Source of the DNA: the human T2T-CHM13v2.0 reference genome, Homo sapiens
Direction: 5' to 3' (one strand)
DNA: 64,000 nucleotides
Assembly: GCF_009914755.1 (NCBI RefSeq)
Contig: NC_060939.1
Both the position numbers and the translations under genes were made by a program. The notes below the pieces were generated by a model that was not told the origin of the DNA, searched no databases, and saw nothing but the letters and a program-made list of their open reading frames with translations. The first letter of the stretch is position 1. Each line of letters opens with the position of its first letter. Shown piece after piece: positions 51,891 through 64,000 of this stretch.

Positions 51891-54800
51891 CTACCAATTA
51901 AGTTCTGGGGTTAAGACCTAGACATCAAGCATCAGGCATTATACCTAGCTTTCAAAGCTCCCAAAATGATTCCAACATGCAGCAAAATTCAAGAACCTCT
52001 GTGTTCGGTCTTTCAAGCCATATTTTTCAGGTTCCTCCCAACAGGTCTGGAGACTCAGGCTAGTGGTTCATCTGATCTCCAGGTGCAAGTAACCAGCACA
52101 ATTCAACCCCAGCATCTTCCTAGAGTTTACTGAGGGACTGGGTGACTCAAAGATGCATTTCTCATGTGCACTATTTCTTAGCAGGAGCAGGCATCAGACC
52201 AGCCTGCTGCAAACAATTGTTCAGGTTGTACACAGCACGAGGATGCTTGGCATAGGGGATAAAGGGATGAAATGACTGCCTAAACTCTGCTCACCAAGCT
52301 GTCACCCTGGCCTCAGACTTGGTGCAACTAGAGGGGAAAAGGGTAACTATTTCTAATTCTCACAAATGAGCTAAAGTGGTCCTTTGTGCCAATAGTGGCC
52401 CTGGTTCAGGCCTGCCTAAGGTAGAGGCAAACTGAAATTCAAGGACCACGGGCATCAGAATTACTAAGGAACTTATTTAAATGTATAGTCCTGCATCTTC
52501 ACTCCAGATCAAATGAGTCATATCTCTGAAGATACAGCCTAGAAATCTGTGTATTTAATAATCTCCCAAGTGGTTTCCATCAAGCTGAAGTTTGGTGGCC
52601 ACTGACCGAAGGTATGGGATGGTCTTTCAATAAAAACAACAAATTGAACATCTCCTACATGCCAGGCCCATGCCACCATTCAAGGATATGAGAGCAAATA
52701 AGACCCCATCCTTTTCTCAAGTATTCTGGTCTAATAGAAGACAGACAAAAGCTGTGGGTCCCAGGAGGAGCCCAAACTATGACCTCTGCTGGAGTTCAGA
52801 TATCTGGCATATTCAGAGAACCAGTTAGCAGATTCAAAAATCCCTACAGGAGGGACTGAAGCTCCTCCCAGAAGAATAGTCATCCCAGAGAAATAGGAGC
52901 CAGGCACCACAAGCCTGACTCACTAACAAAGCCTCCATTGTCAGAAAAGATGAGTGATTTGGGAGACAGAGTAGCGTCTGATATGTGTTTGTTTGCCTGT
53001 GGGCCAAGGCCCTGCTACCCAACCTCTGTGGTCATGTATCTGAGCCCTGTGGAAAGCTAGGGGGACTGTATATGAAAACTGAAAAGCCTGTTTTCCTATA
53101 ACCCCTATAAACTATTTCAGCACAAGGAATATGACTTTGGGATCCCACTATCTGAGGGTGCACATCACGAGGGGAGGCATTTTTTGCCACTGCTCAGAAT
53201 AACATCTCACAGCTTTGGCACCTTCTGCGCTGCTCATCAGCTGCAGGAGGAGACTTTGGTGCCTGGTGGACACAGTTGTGCCCAGGGAAGTGCCTGTAGT
53301 GCCCATTGGATAGGGTATAGTCTAGCAGAGGAGGCTGGGGCAGTAAAGGAGGGACAACATGCAGACACCAGGTGGTGACTAGCTAGATTCGTCTATGAAC
53401 ACACATGAGACACCCCCAGGGAATGTCCACAGATACTTGGGCAGTGTTTGAGGGGCTAGGTTTGTGTATTAATAACATTAGTGGGTAAAAGGGCTCAAGT
53501 GGAAAGAGCTCCCCCCAGAATGGGTGACAGACTCAGTTTCTCTCCATTTGTCATCACTTTTACAGCAAGAACTTGGTGCCTAATCAGGATGACTTCTAAT
53601 TTGTAGCCCAGACTGCACATTCTAAAGACACCGAGAGGCCCTGAGGCATGGGCACCAGGATGGATGAGGCATTGAGAGGGAAGAGCAGGGCCCTGGAGTT
53701 CCCAAGGGGAGAGGTGTGGGTGATTTCCTTTGCCTAATTTGGAAGGCCTAGCGCATTCTGGCTCCAGGCTGCCTTTCCACCCTCATCTCATGTCCATCTT
53801 GCCCTCACTCCCTCTGCTCTGGCCATACTGAATTTCTCTTAGTTTATCTGAAGGCACCACTCTTCTGTCCTTTAAACGTGCAGTTTCAGATGTGTGACAT
53901 GCTTATTCTCTCCTTTTTACCTGGCAAACTTCTAATCTTTCAGGTTTTAGCTAAGATATCACTCAGGGGAACTTTTCTGGATTTGCCAGTTTAGTGTACG
54001 GGACATTCAATGCTGTCCATAAACTCAGATGTGGAGAAAATGTAACTCTTTGGGGTGATGGAAATGGAATCTCAGTTTCAGTTTGGGTTCTTCTCATAAC
54101 TTGGGCTAGGGTCAAAATTCCAGGTGTCTGTTCATCAGTCATCTGTGTATCCGGGAATCTAGCAACTGAGATGTCCATATCATTAAGTCAGGGCTCTCTT
54201 AGCTGCTTCAGTGCCAAATTTGGGGCACTAGGATCTTTGCTAGGCCCTCTATAACCCCATATGCCTAGAGTCAACACCACCAGCACAGTCATTTTCTTCC
54301 TTTTTTCTCCTGCTTCCATTCTGGAAGAAGCCTTTTCCAATTCAGGGACAAGTTTCTTTCATCTTGAACTTGGGTCCTTCAGCAATCCTCCTGCCTCGGC
54401 CTCCCACAGTGCTGGGATTACAGGTGTGGGCCCCATGCCTGGCCATTTCTCTTAACCCAAATCTCTATTCTGTTTAGTGGTTACTGGCTTCTTTCCCAAA
54501 ACTTTGTATTAGTTTCGTAAATACAGAAAGGTTGAAATAATAATAAAATGAACATTCTTATGCACTCTACTGAATTCAAAAATCGTTAAAAATTTATCAC
54601 CATCTTTTTTCACCTCTCAGTACTTCAGCCTGTCTTCTAAAGAGAACTAGACATGCACCTACAAAACCACAATATCATGGTTGCGTCTAACAAAACTGTT
54701 GATAGTTCCGTAAAATTATCTAATAGCAAGTTCATATTCATTTCCCCAAAATGTTTCATTCCAAGAATGTTCGTTATGCTTCAGAACAAAAACCAGGATC

Positions 54801-55395
54801 CAACTTAGAGTCACACATTGCATTTGATGTTTATGTCCTTCTAATTTATTTACATCGAGAATAGTCCCTTCACCATTTTATATTGTTATTGTTGCTTCAT
54901 GACATTGAATTTTTGAAGGATTCATGTCCGTTATCCTAAAGAATTTAGGCTTTTGAAAACAAAAGCCAGAGAACTCTGCCCCAGACTTTCCCTGAGGCAA
55001 GAAGTATAACCTACCTGTCTGGTTTTTTGAGGACTGAGAGTTTTCCCTGGCCATGGGACTTTCAGTGTCAAAACCAAGAAAATCCTGGGCAAGCCAAGAT
55101 GAATTGGTCACCCTAGAGGCAAGGAGGTATGGACTTGGATATTTGCTTGAATGGTTGCAAGGCATAGAGTGAAACATTTTTTAAAATGAATAATCCGATA
55201 TTATGCAGCCACACTTGGTCAATAAGTAGGTTCATAGCATCCTGTGTTTATACTCTTGCAATATGCATCATATTTTTGACTCTGTTTAACATCTGAATTT
55301 CCCAATAGATAGTAAACTCCATGAAGGCAGAGACATGTATATCTTTCTCATTACTCTAATCTCATTGTATCCCCATAGTTCTGGTACATGTAAAG

Positions 55396-55398
55396 TAT

Positions 55399-55441
<43 letters not shown>

Positions 55442-55725
55442 TTTTTGAGATGGAGTCTCGCTCTGTCACCCAGGCTGGAGTGCAGTGGTGCGATCTTGGC
55501 TCACTGCAACCTCTGCCTCCGGGTTCAAGTGATTCTCCTGCCTCAGCCTCCTAAGTTGCTGGGACTACAGGCGTGTGCCACCATGCCCGGCTAATTTTTG
55601 TATTTTTAGTAGAGATGGGGTTTCACCATGTTGGCCAGGATGGTCTCCATCTCTTGATCTCGTGATCCGCCCGCTTCAGACTCCCCAATTGCCGGGATTA
55701 CAGGCGTGAGCGACCACGTCCGGCC
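55396..55725 (-). mobile_element. AluS with (TTTA)n tail
   Basis: Antisense dimer preceded by about 12 TTTA units. Confidence 0.92.
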
Positions 55726-57789
55726 ACTAAGACATGTTTAAATAGTGAGGCTGCAGCCCACTGGTAATTTCCATATCCCTGTTCACTGAGTATTATTAGG
55801 TTAGGTTTCTGCATGGAAATCTTAACAAACATTCTGTGCAACTGTCCTGGCCTTACAGATGAGACTCCAGAAGTTTAAATCATCTTCAAGATCAAATTAA
55901 GACCTTAACTTCTAAGTCCTCAGGGTCTTCATGCAGTGACGGGATATAGATAAGGGTAGAAAAATATCTGGGAATCTGGAGATACTTAACCCATTGGCTA
56001 AGCAGCACTGGACCATATACCAAGGTCCTAAGGAAATCAATCACACCTTAAGAAAATTTAACTAAATTGGACAGAAATTAACACAATTTCATTCAGTCCT
56101 TGCCTTATTCTCCAGATTTGAATCCCCCAGGGTCATTAAATGATTGGCCAAGTAGAGGTTGGGGTTGGAAAGTTGAAATAAGGTATAATTATGAACCTGG
56201 CCTGAACTCCAGATCGACTCAAGGCCAAGTCTGGCCTTTGGAAAGTCTTTGGGGTTAAAGATTTGGTAATGGACTTAATGTAGCATTGGGTACCTGATTA
56301 TAGAGAATTCAAGTGGAGGCTGATCGGAACGGAATCCTGACAGCCAAGTGCCCAAGGCTATCAAGCTCCAAGCAGAAGACAGCACATCTCAATGCCTGCT
56401 CTCTCATTCCTTTCACCCTCTTTGGAAGAAGGTCTACTTGAGAACTGTGCTGAGTCATGTAGGCCTGCCTTTGTGACGGGAATCCTCATATCAGACACTC
56501 TCCAGAGAAAGAGGCTTGTAAGGGGCACCATGAAGTATCAAAAGAAAGACTGAAAGACAAGAGCATAGAGAAGAAAAGAACTTCCTGTGAAGAAGTTTTG
56601 AAATGCATGATGAGATTTGTTTTTTTCTTCTGAGCATCAACAGAGTATTTTTTGTGTCCTTCACATCAGGGTGAAGAAGACACCAAAGTACTGTCCAAGA
56701 GATGACGGGAATGGCCATTTCTGGAGCAATTACTGTGTTCTTGGCCTATGACCTCATTTAACCCTTGCAGCAGTCCCAAGTCCCAATGATCCCAGTGAGG
56801 TATTGTTAGAAAACTAAGGCTCAGCAAAATTAAGTAACTTGCTAAAGGTTATACGGCTGGGATATGGAAGTGCATAAAGATTTATCCTCACACTGTCAGA
56901 CTCCAAATCTATGCTGTTCCCACTATCCCACCCTGCACTCTTCTGAAGATGCCATGGGCTTAACAGTCCTTAACAGTCTCAGAAGTGGGGGCATTATTAA
57001 ATCCAGGTGAAAAAGACAGTCATTGCTGGCGTGCTATATGAAGGGCACTGGAAAGACTTTTGCTCCCCAATTTTCTCTACCACATCTACCACAATGCCTG
57101 CAATCTTGTCACGCATTTCTTTGAGATGAGTATTGGGGTCCTGCTTCTGAGAGCCATTCAAAGTGGACTAGTCTGATCTAGAGGTTGTGGGGTGAGGTGC
57201 TCTGTACTCCTCTCTGTCATCTCTATTTTGACACATCGCAGATGCTCCGGCAGCTCCGTTTCTGGGTATTAGCTGTGAAGTTGAGAGCAGAGTGTTTTTC
57301 CTTCCCTTTGGCTTGATTGTCTTTCACCCTTGGGGGAAAGGGAGGGGGTGCTAATGGCTTGGAGGGTGGCCAGACTATTCCATTTTGCAATCTCCAGCCA
57401 CAGCTGCTAAAGAAAACTTATATTGTATTTTCATTCTGTGGGGAAAACATGTTTTGTTTTGTATTCTTGTGTAACCATGAAACATCTGGGGTAACCTTAG
57501 CTAAAACTTCCTTCCAGTGTTCTATTGGGGCTAAATGATATAGAGAAATTTTCACCTTGAAATGTAAGCTATGACAGTGTAATACGTTATTATGACATGC
57601 GCTTGGATACGTACCCAGTAGGGAGCCATCCAATTATTACAACTCAGGCCCTCTAAACTAAAATCCCTTATACTTATGTTACATCACACTGTCCCTTATA
57701 AATGGTCAGGGCCAAGAAAATGATATTTGGTCACTCAAAATTGGGGAAACACTGTGAGGGCTTAGGCAGAACTCTTCAATGCTTTCAAC

Positions 57790-57975
57790 TGGTGGCTCTC
57801 AAAATTGAGCATGCATCAGAATCACCCAAAGGGCTTGTTGAAACTCAGATTTCTGGCTCCCATTCTCAGAGTTTCTGACTCAGTAGGTCTAGGGTAGAGC
57901 CTGAGAATTTGCTTTTCTACCACGTTCCCGGGTGATGCTGATGCAACTGGTCTGGGGACCATAAGAATCTCAGCT
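57790..57975. mobile_element. MER5A
   Basis: GCATGCATCAGAATCACC...TTTCTGACTCAGTAGGTCT...GGTGATGCTGATGC. Confidence 0.8.
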
Positions 57976-59757
57976 TTAAACTTGGGTCACCCCAAATGTG
58001 GAATTGAATACAATATACAGGAGAGGCAAAAACTATATACAGTGACAAGCTTCAGTGTCATGCTTTGTTTCGTTTTTCTAAATAGGTAAGAGCTGATGCT
58101 AAGATGAGATAATCCCATCTAATCATTGTGGGTGGTAGTACAAGTTAGTATAAACATTTTAGAAAACAAATTGGCAGTAAATAAATATTTGTAGGCATTG
58201 ATCCCACTTCTAGGTACCTCTAAGAAAATAATCAGAAATAAGCACAAAGATTAAAGTACAGGGATGTCTATTGCAGCTTTATGTAAAATGATAGATGCTT
58301 GGAAATCACATGAATATTCAGTAGTTTATCAATTATAATAATATCTCTACAGTGGAGTATTATGCCACCATTAAAGTAATTGGAGAAAAAATTTTAATGA
58401 TAAAAAGAAATGTTTATGATAGATTATTATAATACATGAAAAGCTCAGGTCACAGAGCTTTATTTATCATTTATCAACTATATAATACATATATACTTCT
58501 ACAAACAGCATATCAACTAAGGAAACACACTGACATGTTAACAGTGATGATTTCTGGATAGTATTATATTTGTTCTATAGATGCCATTCACTTCTTCCCT
58601 GCCTAATCTTCTAAAATAATCTATCCCACTCAAAGCCTCCCCTCTTCTGGAAGGAGCTTCTTAGACTGCCATATTTAAACCAAATGATCCCACCCTTTCA
58701 GTGGTAGGCGATTGGCTGTAGGGACATGTGATCCAGGGTGAACCTACTAGTGAGTGTCTATCAAACACTGTACTGCTAAACCCAGAAACTAGGGCTAGAC
58801 AGCTGTGGGATGTACATATATTTAAGTAGGGCTGGTGGGCATTTTAGGCTGTGTGCAAGCAGAGGAGGCTACTACAGATCCGCTGCTTTATCAGCGATTA
58901 CTGTCAGTACAATACAGGCCCAGGAGCTGAGCAGCACACACATGCAGCAGCCCACCCACACAGGCACAAATCCTTCTTAAAAAGCAGGCAATGGGGAGAG
59001 GTTGTAAATATTAAACTGTAATACCCTTGTCCCTGTTATGCTTCCAATATTCTCCCTTTTTGCCTTGAGCTAGTGAAAGTGGGTTTCTCTTCTTTGCAAT
59101 TGCGTCCTAAATTAACAGGTGATTTTTATTTGCTTATTTGTATGTGTTTGCTTTTTTAAAATCAACTTCCCACACTGAGTTTATTACTGATTTTATTAAC
59201 AGAAAAATATTAAAATTAAAATCTTGAGCTGCAGCTAAAAAAAAAAATTATTTAGTGCAAAGTTTCCTATTTGCTCACTAGCCCCTACATCCAGACCCTC
59301 TTATTTCTGACACTCTGAGCTTCAGAAACTGAGAGGTTTTCTTTGGTTTCTTTCAGTTTGGTACAAAATCCAGAGGACAATTTAAGTTTGGAATGTGTCC
59401 AAGCAAAATTCTTTTTCTGTACTGAGCTAAGAGGATTCCAACAGCAAAGACTGATGCAGAATAAAAGATATAGAGCATGGTTTTCTCCATTGATTTATAA
59501 ACATGAAGATTGGAATGGATGAGTCATCAGCAAATTGAATTGGGAGGGATTGCTGCAGAGCAGCCCACACTTTGTCATAAAAATTCTGCTGCAGTATCAC
59601 ACTAGCTCAACTGTGGTTTACCATTTTTAGAAACATGAGCAAATGCACTATAGTTGGTTACCACTTTTTTGTGACACTTGAGGTTCATGTGAAGTTGTAT
59701 CAATCCCAAAGAGTGATACACTTCAAGACAGGACCATTTGGTATAAGCAGTAGGTAA

Positions 59758-60067
59758 TTGTTTTTGTTTTGTTTTGTTTTGTTTTGAGATGGAATTTTGC
59801 TCTTATTGCCAAGGCTGTAGAGCAATGGCGTGATCTTGGCTCACCAAACCTCCGCCTCCTGGGTTCAAGCGATTCTCCTGCCTCAGCCTCCCGAGTAGCT
59901 GGGATTACAGGAATGTGCCACCACGCCCGGCTAATTTTGTATTTTTAGTAGAGACAGGGTTTCTCCATGTTGGTCATTCTGGTCTCAAACTCCTGACCTC
60001 AGGTGTTTTGCCCGCCTAGGCCGCCCAAAGTGTTGGGATTACAGGCGTGAGCCACCGTGCCCAGCCA
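59758..60067 (-). mobile_element. AluS (Sp-like)
   Basis: TSD AGCAGTAGGTAATT. Confidence 0.93.
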
Positions 60068-60222
60068 GCAGTAGGTAATTCTTAACCCTTTCAAGGTCAT
60101 CATCTCAATTTCTTCCCCACTGGGAATCAAATTGTAACTAAAAAATGATTGCAACTTATTTTAAGAATTTCTAGATATGCTGTAAGATATTTGAGGGCAG
60201 GGACTGATTCTGCCATGCTTAG

Positions 60223-61738
60223 TTTTTTTTGTTTTTGTTTTTGTTTTTTTTTAGTATTTATTGATCATTCTTGGGTGTTTCTCGGAGAGGGGGATTTGGC
60301 AGGGTCATAGGACAATAGTGGAGCGAAGGTCAGCAGATAAACATGTGAACAAGGGTCTGTGGTTTTCCTAGGCAGAGGACCCTGCGGCCTTCCGCAGTGT
60401 TTGTGTCCCTGGGTACTTGAGATTAGGGAGTGGTGATGACTCTTAACGAGCATGCTGCCTTCAAGCATCTGTTTAACAAAGCACATCTTGCACCGCCCTT
60501 AATCCATTTAACCCTGAGTGGACACAGCACATGTTTCAGAGAGCACGGGGTTGGGGGTAAGGTTATAGATTAACAGCATCCCAAGGCAGAAGAATTTTTC
60601 CTAGTACAGAACAAAATGGAGTCTCCCATGTCTACTTCTTTCTACACAGACACAGCAACAATCTGATCTCTCTTTCCTTTCCCCACATTTCCCCCCTCTC
60701 TACTCGACAAAACCCCCATCGTCATCATGGCCCGCTCTCAATGAGCTGTTGGGCACACCTCCCAGACCAGGTGGCGGCCGGGCAGAGGGGCTCCTCACTT
60801 CCCAGACGGGGCGACCGGGCAGAGGCGCCCCCCACCTCCCGAACGGCGCGGCTGGCCGGGCGGGGGCTGCCCCCCACCTCCTGGACGGGGTGGCTGCCGG
60901 GCAGAGACGCTCCTCACTTCCCAGACGGGGCGGCTGCTGGGCGGAGGGGCTCCTCACTTCTCAGACGGGGCGGCCAGGAAGAGACGCTCCTCACCTCCCA
61001 GACGGGGTGGTGGTGGGGCAGACACACTCCTCAGATCCCAGACGGGGCCGCGGCCGGGCAGAGGCTCTCCTCACATCCCAGACGGGGCGGGGGGGTAGAG
61101 GCGCTCCCCACATCTCAGACGATGGGCGGCCGGGCAGAGACGCTCCTCACTTCCTAGACGGGATGGTGGCCGGGAAGAGGCGCTCCTTACTTCCCAGACT
61201 GGGCGGCCGGGCAGAGGGGCTCCTCACATCCCAGACGATGGGCGGCCAGGCAGAGACGCTCCTCACTTCCCAGACGGGATGGCGGCCGGGCAGAGGCTGC
61301 AATCTCGGCACTTTGGGAGGCCAAGGCAGGCGGCTGGGAGGTGGAGGTTGAAGCAAGCCGAGATCACGCCACTGCACTCCAGCCTGGGCAACATTGAGCA
61401 CTGAGTGAGCAAGACTCCGTCTGCAATCCTGGCACCTCGGGAGGCCGAAGCTGGCAGATCACTCACGGTCAGGAGCTGGAGACCAGCCCGGCCAACACGG
61501 CGAAACCCCGTCTCCACCAAAAAATACAAAAACCAATCAGGCGTGGCAGCACGCGCCTGCAATCCCAGGCACTGGGCAGGCTGAGGCAGGAGAATCAGGC
61601 AGGGAGGTTGCAGTGAGCCGAGATTGCGGCAGCACAGTCTAGCCTCGGCTCGGCATCAGAGGGAGACCGCGGAAAGTGGGAGACGGAGACGTAGGGGAGA
61701 GGGAGAGGAGGAGGGGGAGGGCGAGGGGGAGGGAGAGG
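60223..61738 (-). mobile_element. Full-length SVA retrotransposon
   Basis: Read on the minus strand: CCCTCT-like hexamers (~61695-61738), Alu-like region (~61290-61670), GC-rich VNTR (~60760-61290), SINE-R (~60253-60740), poly-A; TSD CTTAGTTT. Confidence 0.97.
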
Positions 61739-62170
61739 TACTTAGTTTTATCCCTGGTTTGTTGAATGACTGAAAAAACATTCATATTGGTGCTAAGAGA
61801 TGAGCCTAGGGAATAAGTGCTTGGGAAGTAACTTTCCAAAGGGTCCGGTTCTGGGACTGGGTTTAGAAGCTTGAGATGATGTCGAAGATAAAGTTGTGAT
61901 ACGCTTTAGGGTTTCCAAAAAGTGTGTGTTCTAAAAAGATGAGAAAATTGTCAAGAAGGAGAAATTGCTGGCATTTTTAAAAAAGAGAAAATTGAGACCA
62001 GACAAGTTCCATAGGCAGCATCTCAGAAAGCTCTCGTATCCACTGAGGAGAGTGATTTGCATGTACAGCCATGGAGACCCTAGAGAGAAAGAGGACGTTT
62101 TCTCCAAGAGATTCCAAGACTTGTGAGAGAAACGGCTCTGGCTCAAAATATCTTATAAACTTGACATAAC

Positions 62171-62471
62171 TTTTTTTTTTTTTTTTTTTTTTAGATGGAG
62201 TCTCACTCTGTCGCCTAGGCTGGAGTGCCGTGGTGCGATCTCGCTCACTGCAACCTCCGCCTCCCAGGTTCAAGCAATTCTCTGCCTCAGCATCCCGAGT
62301 AGCTGGGATTATAGGTGCCCGCCACCATGCCCAGCTCATTTTTGTATTTTTAGTAGAGGCGGGGTTTCACCATCTTGGCCAGGCTGGTCTTGAATTCCTG
62401 ACCTCAAGTGATCCACCCGCCTTGGCCTCCCAAAGTGTTGGGATTACAGGAGTGAGCCACCTCGCCCAGCC
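62171..62471 (-). mobile_element. AluS
   Basis: TSD AACTTGACATAACTTTT. Confidence 0.94.
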
Positions 62472-62510
62472 AACTTGACATAACTTTTAAAGATGGATTG
62501 CCAAGCTGAG
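62195..62510 (+). other. LRRC49: Probable Alu-derived exon of the plus-strand (LRRC49 variant) transcript, ending in an 18-nt coding start ATGGATTGCCAAGCTGAG (MDCQAE, 62493-62510)
   Basis: Acceptor T22AG| at 62194; consensus donor GAG|GTAAGT at 62510/62511; gene identity from recall. Confidence 0.55.
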
Positions 62511-62704
62511 GTAAGTCTACACTTTCAGTTGACATAATTTTGTATAACAATTATACTCTGCTATCCCCTCACTGAACTAAAACATCATATACGGTCAAAA
62601 TACTAACTAAAGCTATTATACAAGAATGAAAAACTGAGGGTCATGGTGAGGAGGGAACAGGAAAATAGTGATTGCCTTTTCCTTAGGGAGTCTTTACCAC
62701 TAGT

Positions 62705-63202
62705 GTATCAGGTAGTGCTTGCTGCATGACAAACAACCCCACAATTTAATGGCCTAAAATACAACCATTGATTCATCTTACAGTTGCATGGGCTGACTGG
62801 GCAGCTCTTCTCTCTGGGCATGCTTGGCGGATTTGCTGGACTTCCTCATGCTTCTCTGGTCAGCTGGCATGTTGGAGGCAGCCAGATGATCTAGAATGAC
62901 TTCCTTCATGTGTCTGACAGTTGGAGGGCTCTTTGCAAGGGACCAGCTGCTTCTCCACATGGAGTCTCCTCCATAGTGGGCTAGCTTGAACTCAGTCACA
63001 TGGTAGTCCTAGAGTTCCAAACACAGCAAGAGGACAAGCCCAGGGCTCAAGCACTTTTAAAGCCTCAGTTTATATTACCTTTACTAATGTCCTATTGGTG
63101 AAAGTAAGTCACATGACCAAACCAAAGTCAAGAAGTGGAGAAATAGATTTTACCTCTTGATGGGAGTGGAAGAATTTTTGGCTATTTTTACAATCTACTG
63201 CA
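62705..63202 (-). mobile_element. Old MaLR LTR (MLT1-type)
   Basis: TGTATCAG...GCTGCATGACAAACAACCCC...AAGTAAGTCACATGACCAA...TTTTACAATCTAC. Confidence 0.7.
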
Positions 63203-64000
63203 ACTAGGTGGTAGGCTTAGTAAAGAATAAACCAATAGGTACATGGAACTGTAGAAAGGGATTGAGATGTCAAGGATACAGTCCTTGACTGTAGAAACTC
63301 TACATTTCCTGGGTGTTGTTAGTAAACCAGTGTGTGAATGTCATTTAGTCCAGCTAGGGAACCTTCTGTTTGGGGATTTCCCTGGGTTATGTTATCTCAG
63401 AGCCCAACATAACTTTTGAGACTCTGATCGGAACTGCAAACGCCATCTTGGAACAATCCTGGAAGTGTTCTAGATGTCTGGGATCCTTCTGTTCTGACAC
63501 TAACGAGGGAGGGATGAGCTCCCTGGAATATCTGCAAACCCATCCCTGCTGGTTTAGGTGAGAAAGAGGATCTACCTTTTCTTCTCAAAGACAGGGATTA
63601 AGAGCCAGGAGGTACAAAGGGCAGGTGGGTGGGCAGCAATGATAGAATAGGCTAGTTATTTGAACTGGGATCAAGAAAAGGAAGGATGTAAATAGTAAGC
63701 CTGCTCCAAGTGGGAAGCAATCAAATTGATAATTTGATAATAAGCTGGAGACTATGACCTGGAGACAAGTTGGGGAACATTTAAAGAGCAGGTGGAAGAA
63801 GGTTGACAGTCTTTTGAAGCGGTTTGCATTTTTTGGTTTTTAGATGACAAGCTACAGAAAATTCAATCTCAGCTCTGCCACTAATCAGTTATGTGAGTAT
63901 GGACAAATTGCCTCAGTTAATTTCCTCATTGACAAAATGAGGCATTTTAACTGGAAGATTTTTCCAGCTATAACACCTTCAGGGAATCTAGAAAAAGAAG

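Noticed and set aside
60700-61562. Repetitive ORFs and a repeat-spacer-like array
   Set aside because: SVA VNTR and Alu-like domain; not CRISPR and not coding.

Overview
Primate (almost certainly human) genomic DNA, Alu-dense, from the LARP6 locus. LARP6 is complete on the minus strand. Three coding exons (43052-42853, 25460-25250, 22071-21007) splice by GT-AG into a 491-aa La-module RNA-binding protein. An alternative L2-derived terminal exon (40684-40603) gives a 93-aa short isoform. Its CpG-island promoter carries a (GCC)9 repeat and appears shared with an overlapping plus-strand transcript, probably a 5'-extended LRRC49 variant whose second exon is an exonised antisense Alu (62195-62510). 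Upstream of LARP6 lie a disabled KRT8 retrocopy nested inside two Alus and a full-length SVA. The most notable observation is in positions ~1-15,830. The non-repeat sequence between the transposons reads on the plus strand as heavily decayed Gly-X-Y exon remnants, often next to splice signals. These are followed in the correct order by remnants of a fibrillar-collagen C-propeptide (COLFI) resembling clade C (COL24A1/COL27A1). I interpret this as a probable unitary collagen pseudogene lying tail-to-tail with LARP6, the collagen-mRNA-binding protein; I know of no annotation for it. This call rests on by-eye alignment to remembered protein sequences and needs computational confirmation. Repeat subfamily names and boundaries are approximate.
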